The notes beneath the pieces were generated by a model that did no database searches, was not told the origin of the DNA, and saw only the letters and a list, made by a program, of their open reading frames with translations. This document shows positions 1-8,536 of a stretch of 16,782 nt of DNA, piece by piece. The stretch comes from Octopus sinensis (Eukaryota), in assembly GCF_006345805.1 (NCBI RefSeq), contig NW_021825082.1, positions 1 through 16,782 of the forward strand, written 5' to 3'. The position numbers were made by a program, and so were the translations under genes. The first letter of the stretch is position 1; every line of letters starts with the position of its first letter.

Positions 1-1003
1 ACGAACGGGAACTTGAAAACTCTGAGTAACAGGTTTTTGTTGAATTTCTGCTACTTTTAAATAAAGCATATTACTCTGTTCTGGTATTAGAGTACTCTTT
101 TTTCCACCTTGTTTCAGATCTATATGCATACTGTGTGTATGTAGATATTGTATATTATATATATATCATATACACATGCAAATACATACAAACGCAGGCT
201 TAACACCCTATCCTTCCATGCCATGCAGAACATTAAAATTTGTAACAACGTTAGTGTCGAACACAAGGCAATTAAACATGAAAATGAAAAGCATGTGAAT
301 ACAATAATATTATTCGCAATGCCTTGAAATGCAGATTTTCTTTTTCTCATAAGCAATATTAAGTATCATATCTCTATACATATGTGCACAGGTTATTAAT
401 GCAGATTATACACTCTTAACAGTGTTGCAGTGTTATTTATTAAACGACTACTCCGTAGGCCTTCAATTTCCTTTCAAAATAGAAATTCAAAAACAACATA
501 CCATTCATAATTTCATTCCGCAGTACGCGTATTGTTTTCTCAGCGCCGTATACAATTATACGTCTCTATTAGATTTGTATAGGTATTTTTTTAAAACATT
601 TAACATTTTACCTAATACATTCGCGTAATAATATGTCATTCGGGTAGTATTATTGTTGTTGCCATCCTTCCTTGTTGTTTTCGTTGTTCTTTAAATTTAT
701 TTTTATTCTCTGTTTAATAACTCATATCTCGCGTTATGTTTGTTTCAACGTTCTTCATTGAAAGATTTCCATTTGTAAAAACACATAATAGATTTTAAAT
801 GGATTTCTACAACAAAAACGAACAAAACACCTAACACACATGCACACTACACGGCTTCCATAACACACACACAAAAACACAAATATATACATACAATATA
901 TAAATATATATCATACAAATATATACAAATATATGCATGTGTGTGTGGGACTTATGATAAGTAATAGGATCAATAAATCCAAGCAAATATATATAAAGCA
1001 CGC

Positions 1004-1008
<5 letters not shown>

Positions 1009-1040
<32 letters not shown>

Positions 1041-1090
1041 ATATATATATTATTATATATATATATATAATATATATAATACATATATAA
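1009..1090. repeat. Compound microsatellite (TC)n followed by imperfect (TA)n
   Basis: TC run at 1009-1036, then a TA-rich run; explains the RERE/YIYI ORFs. Confidence 0.95.
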
Positions 1091-1204
1091 TATTAATGCG
1101 TACATATGCTCGTTAAATGTATAAATATATATATACTTACCTATGTATTAGTTGTGCCTGCTTGTTCGTGCGTGTGCGTATGTGTGTGTGTAGGTGTCTA
1201 TGCG

Positions 1205-1350
1205 ATGTGTGTGATAAATATTTTACTTGACACCACATGTTTTCGGGTTCAGTCCCACTGTCTGGCAATTTAAGCAAGTATCTTCTACTATGACCAAAAC
1301 CTTATATGTACATTGCTAGACGGAAATCGAAAGAAGCATGTCGTATATAT
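1205..1350 (+). mobile_element. Degenerate SINE 5' half (family A)
   Basis: B-box-like GGGTTCAGTCCC at 1245-1256. Shares CCACATGTTT..GG.TTC.GTCCCACTG, CTTCTACTAT and AGAAGC..GTC blocks with the copy at 15884-16007. Confidence 0.75.
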
Positions 1351-2096
1351 TGTATTAGTATATAAATTATATATATATATATATACAGGTAGCTATGTAT
1401 ATGTATATGCATGCGTGTGTGTGTGTGTTTTATGTCTATATACATATATATGTATAAACTCCTCCGATGTTGATGAAACTTGACACGTGCCGGGGCAGAT
1501 GCTCATGCGGTCACTTACGCACTTAGAATTTTTTTTAATGAATCGATTATTTTTAATCAGCTTCGTTTTGTCAAACATCAGTAGAACATTTCAATGCAAA
1601 TTCTCGTATGAAAATTATTTTCTGCTATAACTTTTAATGTTTTCAACTGATTTTCTTGAAGTTTTATACACAAATGGAATATGCCCTAAGGATGGGGTGA
1701 GTCTAATAAAGACAATGGTGAAGAGGTACAAGGAAAAATTATCATCATATTCAGGTATAAACCTTTTAAGGTGCTGTATAAAACAGGTCCAGATATACGC
1801 AGCCATTTGCATAGTGTTGTTTTATGTGTATTGTGATCTCTCAGATTATAATTGCAATACGAATCACCTGAGGAGAGGCAATCTTCACAAAAGGCAAAGA
1901 CAGGTGAAGGAACAACAAACTGGTGTATTAATTTAATGCTCTTTAACAGAAAGGATTGAGAGTGAAAAGAATGGGGAGACAACGATAAAACACAGAGAGA
2001 TCAATTATGTAGGGGCTAACAGTTCAGCACGATGAAAAGGATGAGAGAAACAGCGGCGGATACTCTGGCAGACAGTCAATCAGATAGAAAAAAAAG

Positions 2097-2125
2097 GATA
2101 GATAAAGACAGATAGACAGGCAATC

Positions 2126-2160
<35 letters not shown>

Positions 2161-2183
2161 TAGATAGATAGATAGATAGATAT

Positions 2184-2240
<57 letters not shown>

Positions 2241-2242
2241 TA
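2097..2242. repeat. (GATA)n/(GACA)n compound tetranucleotide microsatellite
   Basis: Alternating blocks of GATA and GACA units. Confidence 0.95.
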
Positions 2243-2426
2243 TGTGTTATATTATATATTATTATATATATATATACATATATAGATAGATCAAAAATGG
2301 TGGGGTTGTGTTGACCGCCACGTGGAGGAAATGATAAGTAAGGAAAAATTTATTTTAAATGCAGAATGCTCAAATGAAAGAAAATTTTAATAAAATGAGA
2401 AATTGATAAAATATATAATATATATT

Positions 2427-2465
2427 TATTCACCGGTTTTCGTCATTGTAGACTTGTCAAGAATA
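2427..2465 (-). ncRNA. Mirror copy of the hammerhead-like motif, degraded by two 1-nt deletions
   Basis: Minus strand reads TATTC TTGACAA GTC tacaat GAC GAAAA CCGGT GAATA. It lacks one A in stem II and one T at the cleavage site compared with 2904-2944. Confidence 0.35.
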
Positions 2466-2903
2466 TTTATGTTTAAAAAGTTTTTTTTAAAAATTAGAAA
2501 GAGGAAAAAAAGAAAATTGCATTGTTTTTTGTAAAAGAATAATGATAAAAATGTACAAAAATTAAAAAAATAAGTCTCCGATACATTGTGAGTCGTTGTG
2601 TATCTTGAGTTTTATGGTTGTTCACGAAAAAATTACCTTGAGGTGTTAAGATCCAAAGGGATTAAGAGCATGTATGCTGAATTAAACAACACAACACATG
2701 CTCTTAATCCCTTTGGATCTTAACACCTCAAGGTAATTTTTTCATGAACAACCATAAAACTCAAGATACACAACGAACTCACAATGTATCGGAGAACTTA
2801 TTTTTTATTTTTTGTATATTTTTATCATTATTCTTTTACAAAAAACAATGCAATTTTCTTTTTTTCCCCTTTCTAATTTAGAAAAAAACTTTTTAAACAT
2901 AAA

Positions 2904-2944
2904 TATTCTTGACAAGTCATACAATGACGAAAACCGGTTGAATA
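2904..2944 (+). ncRNA. Minimal type-I hammerhead-ribozyme-like motif (U3-A8 core variant)
   Basis: Stem I TATTC(2904-08)/GAATA(2940-44); core TTGACAA(2909-15); stem II GTCA-tacaa-TGAC(2916-28); GAAA(2929-32); self-complementary stem III ACCGGT(2933-38). It has one extra A relative to the canonical core. Confidence 0.5.
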
Positions 2945-3036
2945 AATATATATTTATATATTTTATCAATTTCTCATTTTATTAAAATTTTCTTTCATTT
3001 GAGCATTCTGCATTTAAAAAAAAATGTTTGCTTACT

Positions 3037-3257
3037 ATATATATATATATATATATATAGGCATATAGATAGATAGATAGATAGATAAATAGACATATAG
3101 ATAGATAGACAAGCAGATATATAGACAGATAGATATATAGATAGATAAATAGATAGAGAAACCGACAGACAGACAGATAGATCGATAGATAGATAGATTA
3201 TAGATAAATAGATAGATAGATAGACAGACAGACAGATAAACAGATAGATAGAGAGAT

Positions 3258-3349
<92 letters not shown>
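3037..3349. repeat. Compound microsatellite (TA)n + degenerate (GATA/GACA)n + (GA)n
   Basis: Direct inspection; source of the YLSI/LSLS ORFs. Confidence 0.95.
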
Positions 3350-3353
<4 letters not shown>

Positions 3354-3788
3354 TGTAAGTTTAATTTTATGAGAGATGCTATGCAAGGACAGTAATTCAA
3401 TTCTTAAAACTACGCGTCTTACAAATGTCACACTCACTAATATAAAACAACAGTAGCTTTCTACTCGCTTATTTTCCCCCATAAAACCTATTTGCTATGA
3501 ACATTGATATTTACAGCTGATGCTATTGCTCTGATAAAATTTAACAAAACTACATTAACCTAATTCTGTATGTTGGGAATTTAAAAGACTACGATGTATG
3601 TTTTTTTGAAAAATTGTTCAAGACTATATGAAATGATTTTATTAACGGGAATTATGTTATTATGATAACAGTAAAGCTATATACGTATATCGAATATGTA
3701 GCTTATTGCTAATGTCGGTTTGTTTATCTCATTTCGAGGATATTTCTTTAATTACATGTATTCACACTCACCGTCCTTCTTTCGCCTC

Positions 3789-3940
3789 CTCTCTCTCTCT
3801 CTCTCTCTTTCTCAATTACACGCACACATACAGAGAAACTAATCTGCATGTATGTATTTTCGTTATGTATACATGTATATATTTATGTGTGTGCGCGCGC
3901 TCTTGGTGTAACATCTATATGTATAATATCTATATATATA

Positions 3941-3992
<52 letters not shown>

Positions 3993-4015
3993 GGGGGAGA
4001 GAGAGTGTGTGTGTA
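3789..4015. repeat. Compound (CT)n, (TA)n, (TG)n, (GA)n low-complexity tract
   Basis: Direct inspection. Confidence 0.85.
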
Positions 4016-4028
4016 TGGGGCGGCGGAA

Positions 4029-4108
4029 GGCGCATGGATCAGTGGGTAGAGTGTCGAGCTTACGATCGTGAGGTTGTGAGTTCGATTCCCGGACCGAGCT
4101 GCGTGTTT
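4029..4108 (+). mobile_element. tRNA-derived SINE head (family B), body absent
   Basis: A box TGGATCAGTGG and B box GAGTTCGATTCC, with CTTACGA in the anticodon-loop position. No paired acceptor stem or CCA, so not a tRNA gene. Confidence 0.8.
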
Positions 4109-4185
4109 TTAAAGCGATGAATAGCTTTGCGGAAACCATGGTACGCTTTGTTTTCTGACTTTATAATCACCTCGTAATAATGTTG

Positions 4186-4440
4186 GAGTTTCGAGCTTAC
4201 GACCGTGAGATTATGAGTTCGTTTCCGGGACCAGGCTGCATGCTGTGTTCTTGAGCAAGACAATTTACTTCACGTTGCTCCAGTTCCCTCAGCTGTAGAA
4301 ATGAGTTGCGACATCACTGGTGCCAAGCTGTATCGGCCCTTTGCCTTTCCTATGGGTAACATCAATGGTGTGTAGAGGGGAGGGTGGTATGCTTGGGCGA
4401 CTATTGGCATTCCACAAACAACCTTGTCCGGGCTTGTCCC
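4186..4440 (+). mobile_element. SINE family B copy, 5'-clipped head plus body
   Basis: Repeats TCGAGCTTACGA.CGTGAG.TT.TGAGTTCG.TTCC.GGACC of 4055-4095, then continues into a GC-richer body that ends abruptly at 4440. Confidence 0.8.
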
Positions 4441-4617
4441 ATATTTAATATTTGGGACAAAATAATAATTATTAAAACTTTTGTATGAGATTAATTGGTT
4501 CCTAAAAATATGAATAACCTTCGTATTAAGCCCTAATGTGAGAGTCTTTATGAGAATGTTTAATCAACCAGAAAGGACCATTGTAATGATGGAACAGAAC
4601 TCAGACACTATATCTGA

Positions 4618-4910
4618 CTCTGCTCTATGGCGACGAATTATTAGTTGATGCCAAATCACGGTACATGAAATTAACGTGAAAGAGGCTGGGCACTCAACAG
4701 GCACTTGTACTCATAACATACTTATCAAGGAGATTCAACATGACACAGAGTGTGACGAGGCTGTCCCTTTGTAATACATATACCACTCATTTTTGCCGTT
4801 TGAGTAGACTAAAGAAACTTGAAAGAACAGACGCTACGGACCACTGGGAATCGAACACACAAACATGCGATCGTAAGACGAAGGCCTTCACCACTAAGCT
4901 ACGTGCCTTC
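4618..4910 (-). mobile_element. tRNA-derived SINE (family C; head related to family B)
   Basis: Minus strand begins GAAGGCACGTAGCTTAGTGG..CTTACGATCG..GTGTTCGATTCCC (A and B boxes), collinear with 4026-4092. The 3' boundary is approximate. Confidence 0.75.
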
Positions 4911-4920
4911 TGACTATATA

Positions 4921-5335
4921 TATTTCTTTACTACCCAGAAGCGGCTAAACACAGAGAGGACAAACAAGGGCAGACAAACGGATTAAGTCGATTACATCGA
5001 CCAAAGTGCGTAACTGGTACTTAATTTATCGACCCCGCAAAGATGAAAGCCAAAGTCGACCTCGGTGGAATTTGAACTCAGATGTAGCGGCAGGCGAAAT
5101 ATCTATTTCTTTACTACCCATCAGGGGCTAAACACAGAGAGGACAAACAAGGGCAGACAAATGGATTAAGTCGATTACATCAACCCCAGTGCGTAAATGG
5201 TACTTAATTTATCGACCCCGCAAGGATGAAAGCCAAAGTCGACCTCGGCGCAATTTGAACTCAGAACGTAACGGCAAACGAAATACCGCTAAGCATTTCG
5301 CCCGGCGTGCGAACGTTCCTGCAACCTCGCCGCCT
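4921..5335 (-). mobile_element. Dimeric SINE (family D): full copy 5104-5335 plus tandem 183-bp 3' unit 4921-5103, inside one 15-bp TSD
   Basis: CCTTCTGACTATATA occurs at 4906-4920 and 5336-5350. Both units are reverse-complement homologues of 7041-7268. Confidence 0.9.
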
Positions 5336-5377
5336 CCTTCTGACTATATAATGTATAACTAACATTTAGTAATATAG

Positions 5378-5423
<46 letters not shown>

Positions 5424-5427
<4 letters not shown>

Positions 5428-5644
5428 GAAGGGCAGGCAACAGGTTGCTTTGCCGCATACCGAAAGAATTTGAAATAGCAGTCAGAGACTGTTTATTCTA
5501 CAAGTGGGGCTCCATATACCCTGTATTGCAGGGTTGTGTCGTATATGGAGCCCCACTTGTAGAAAATGGAAATATGCAGTCTCTGACTGCTATTTCTAAT
5601 TCTTTCGGTATGCGGCAAAGCAACCTGTTGCCTGCCCTTCTACT
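5424..5644. mobile_element. 221-bp near-perfect palindrome (MITE/foldback-like), embedded in (TA)n
   Basis: Outer stem 5424-5491/5577-5644 (68 bp, 1 mismatch), 4x12 nt internal loop, inner stem 5496-5519/5541-5564 (24 bp, perfect), 21-nt loop 5520-5540. The palindrome is certain; MITE identity is inferred. Confidence 0.7.
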
Positions 5645-5776
5645 TATATACTATATATACTGAACTCCACAGAAGTTCCCACCGCTAAAGGTCATGTTTA
5701 CGTACCGAAATCTACCGGTAAATAATTGTCGGTTGTCTGAAAAGCCATCGAAAAAAATTATTTACCCTTATTATTT

Positions 5777-5779
<3 letters not shown>

Positions 5780-5836
<57 letters not shown>

Positions 5837-6136
5837 TATATATATATATGCATACTACATAGAGTACGTAGATATTAAAAGTATAATTCAAAATAATAAG
5901 AGCTAAATACATCTTAGCCATATGTAACATAAAATAAATATTTTTAATACGAATATTAAGTTTATTACGTATACTTAAAAATATTTCGAATTTTAGAATT
6001 ATGATTTAATAAAATGCTGTTATGCACTCCGTAAAATGAAATACTTGTAGACAATAGCATTTTCTTTCTTCCGCACCAATTGCAATTTCATGATATTATA
6101 TATATCTATCTATATATATATATATATATATAATAT

Positions 6137-6188
<52 letters not shown>

Positions 6189-6419
6189 ATACATATATAT
6201 ATATATACATATATACATATATATAAGTATATATATACATATATGATAATATATATGTCATATATATAGATATATATATGTCTTATATATATAAGATATT
6301 TATATATATATATATAAGATATATATATATTTAAGTATATATATATATATATATATTTAAGTATATATATATCTATTTAAGGTATATATATAATATATAT
6401 TATATATATATATATATAT
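5780..6419. repeat. Two (TA)n tracts (5780-5850 and 6097-6419), the second with higher-order TAAG-punctuated units
   Basis: Direct inspection. Confidence 0.9.
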
Positions 6420-6619
6420 GAAGCCTGTCCATAAATTACATGAATTTCATTTTTCTTTCCTTTTCTCAAGAAACTGCACTTTGTTGAAGCGAATGTTATT
6501 CAACAGTTTGAAGCTAATGAAATAAAATAGCCGAGAAAGCAATTTTCGTTTTACGTAAGATAGTAAAATTACTTTATTGTGCCTTATAATAATTATTCAT
6601 TTGAGTTATGATGTTTCAG

Positions 6620-6693
6620 ATTTTAGGAAAACGTACTTGGAAAGAAATCGATATAGAATATGTTAAAGGAAAAGCTTTTATTTTACCTTTGAC
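6620..6693 (+). CDS. Candidate internal exon, ILGKRTWKEIDIEYVKGKAFILPLT; product unknown
   Basis: Acceptor ...GATGTTTCAG, consensus donor GTAAGT at 6694, and only one open frame. No homology recognised. Confidence 0.3.
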
Positions 6694-6879
6694 GTAAGTG
6701 TATTTAAACGAATGGGTTGTGACCATGTTGGGGCATCTTCTTGCTAGGGGGTTTTGTGGAATTAATCGAAACCTGTGGTTATAGTTTTAATTAGTCTCTT
6801 TTTGGCGAAGCACAATGTTACAGAAATACACATAATCCAACACCAGTTGTTAAGCCGTGGTAGGGTCAACGCAAAGAGA

Positions 6880-7020
6880 AAAACACGCACACACATACAC
6901 AAACACACATTGACACGCACTCTCACACATTTACTTATACACAGACACGCACTCAAACACACTCACACAGACATGCACACACGCACACTCACACACATGC
7001 ACACGTACACACACATATAT
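6880..7020. repeat. Degenerate (CA)n tract
   Basis: Direct inspection; source of the HTHT ORF. Confidence 0.9.
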
Positions 7021-7040
7021 AGTTCGGTGGTGTGCCATTG

Positions 7041-7268
7041 GGGGCGAGTTGGCAGAAACGTTAGCACGCTGGGCGAAATGCTTAGCGGTATTTCGTCTGC
7101 GTTACGTTGTGAGTTCAAATTAAGCCGAGGTCAACTTTGCCTTTCATCCTTTCGGGGTCGATAAATTAAGTACCAGTTACGCACTGGGTCATTGTAATCG
7201 ACTTAATACCTATGTCTGTCCTTGTTTGTCCCCTCTGTGTTTAGCCCCTTGTGGGCAATAAAGAAATA
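7041..7268 (+). mobile_element. Full-length SINE (family D) with 12-bp TSD
   Basis: TSD GGTGTGCCATTG (7029-7040) / GGTATGCCATTG (7269-7280); B-box-like GAGTTCAAATT; core TTTCGGGGTCGATAAATTAAGTACCAGT shared with other copies. Confidence 0.9.
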
Positions 7269-7764
7269 GGTATGCCATTGTGTGCATATATATGCACGTA
7301 TATATTTATCTCTCTTTCTATATATATATACACAACTTTGCGTGACACCTTTGGCAGGCATCTTCAGCTATAACCGCTTCGCAACCAAAGACTTGTTCAA
7401 GGATTTCGAAGACGGAAAGGGAACCACGACCGAAGTATATATATATATATATATTAAATTAGAGATAGAACCACTATTAGGCAGATCAAACAGTGAAAAA
7501 GATAAACGAAAACATAGAAATAAAATTAATTAATATAATAAAATATAAAATTCAAGATTTCAATTATTGAATTTACATTTTATCTCTAATTTAATTTATA
7601 TTTATACTGTAAAATTAGATTTAGTCCTAAATCTAATTTTAGCCTGTAAGTTTAAAATAACTCCCTAATATTATTATTATTATAATTTATATATATATAT
7701 ATATGTATGTATATCTATATATACATATATATGTGTGTGTATGGGTGCATGTGTGTGTGTCTTT

Positions 7765-7942
7765 ATCTGTCTGCCGTTACGTTCTGGGTTCAAATTCCGC
7801 CGAGGTTGACTTTGCCTTTCATCCTTTCGGGGTCGATAAATTAAGTACCAGTTACGCACTGGGGCCGATGGAATCGACTTAATTGCTTTGTCTGTCCTTG
7901 TTTGTCCCCTCTGTGTTTAGCCACTTGTGGGTAGTAAAGAAA
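7765..7942 (+). mobile_element. 5'-truncated SINE (family D)
   Basis: Collinear with 7095-7267, with an identical CTTTGCCTTTCATCCTTTCGGGGTCGATAAATTAAGTACCAGTTACGCACTGGG block. Confidence 0.9.
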
Positions 7943-7943
7943 C

Positions 7944-8160
7944 ATATCTTTGTGTTCATTCTCCACTACCGCCTGTCAACCGGCGTTGATTGATTACATT
8001 CCCGATATTTAGCGACTCGGCAAAAACAAAAAGGAAAGGTGACTGAATGATTTTAAGAAATATGTAATCGAGTCGAATCCGTCAACTGAAAGTCTTTAAG
8101 GAGACGCTCCAATATGGCCGCACTCCAATGACTGAAACAAAAAAAGATAAAAGAGTAAAG
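7944..8160 (+). mobile_element. Degenerate SINE 3' half (family A)
   Basis: Shares ATTTAG..,ATGGCCGCA (8114-8122 vs 16317-16325), CTGAAA and an A-rich tail with 16200-16360. Confidence 0.6.
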
Positions 8161-8189
8161 ACAGAAGGCATGCATACAAACATTCATGT

Positions 8190-8450
8190 ATAATAACATG
8201 TATATATATACATATATATGTATGTGTATATATATATATGTGTGTGTATATATATATGTGTGTGCGTATATATTAGTGTGTATATATATGTATATATGTA
8301 CATATATATATGTATATATGTACATATATATAGAGAGAGAGAGAAAGAGAGAGAGAGAGATAAATATATACATGTATATATATGCACACACTTACAGGTG
8401 TACATATAACTATCTACGTGTGTATATGTGTGCACACACACATGCATATA
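8190..8450. repeat. Compound (TA)/(TG)/(GA)/(CA) microsatellite
   Basis: Direct inspection. Confidence 0.9.
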
Positions 8451-8536
8451 TGTTGTTCAAATTTACAGAAAACAAGAGACAGGTGAGGGCATAAAAAGCA
8501 GGTGTATTAGTTAAACGCTGAGGAAGAATGGAAACG

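Larger units (their letters stand above)
2337..3036. mobile_element. ~700 bp palindrome (arms 2337-2673 and 2696-3036, 22-nt spacer); probable head-to-head Penelope-like element 3' end / pseudo-LTR pair
   Basis: The arms are reverse complements with about 95% identity by eye. The inverted repeat itself is certain. The Penelope-like call rests on a hammerhead-like motif in each arm, a short frame MLLIPLDLNTSR* (2698-2736) resembling the LxPxGLN C-terminus of PLE GIY-YIG endonucleases, AATAAA at 2941-2946 and an A-run near the outer end. Confidence 0.65.

Noticed and set aside
1-118. Possible Penelope-like 3' end at the window edge
   Set aside because: It resembles a repeat I recall from octopus DNA, but no ribozyme core or second copy lies inside the window to support it.
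831-1105. ORFs rich in RE, YI, HT, CV or LS dipeptides here and at 3035-3482, 3706-4139, 5694-5906, 6762-7164, 8053-8494, 9327-9606, 10052-10306, 11708-11986
   Set aside because: They are translations of dinucleotide and tetranucleotide microsatellites, which lack stop codons in some frames.
1865-1890. CTGAGGA followed by a small stem
   Set aside because: No GAAA after the stem and no stem I, so not a hammerhead.
1637-1936. 99-aa ORF and possible 35-nt exon 1662-1696 (FYTQMEYALRMG)
   Set aside because: No recognisable domain, a TTG start and a weak AAG acceptor; compatible with chance.
4029-4100. tRNA gene (also 4840-4910 and 12025-12085)
   Set aside because: A and B boxes are present but the cloverleaf stems do not pair, and two of the three run on into SINE bodies; these are SINE heads.
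4434-4460. Short inverted repeats TTGTCCCA..TGGGACAA (and GGTAAATAATT..AATTATTTACC at 5717-5766)
   Set aside because: 8-11 bp AT-rich arms; not distinguishable from chance or repeat remnants.
4921-5335. CRISPR-like or prokaryotic repeat array
   Set aside because: Two 183-bp SINE units without unique spacers, in a eukaryotic context with no cas genes.
5445-5663. 72-aa ORF across the small palindrome; GAAA..GTC-AGAGAC as a hammerhead half
   Set aside because: The ORF lies over a hairpin with no homology recognised, and no CUGANGA-type core is correctly placed.
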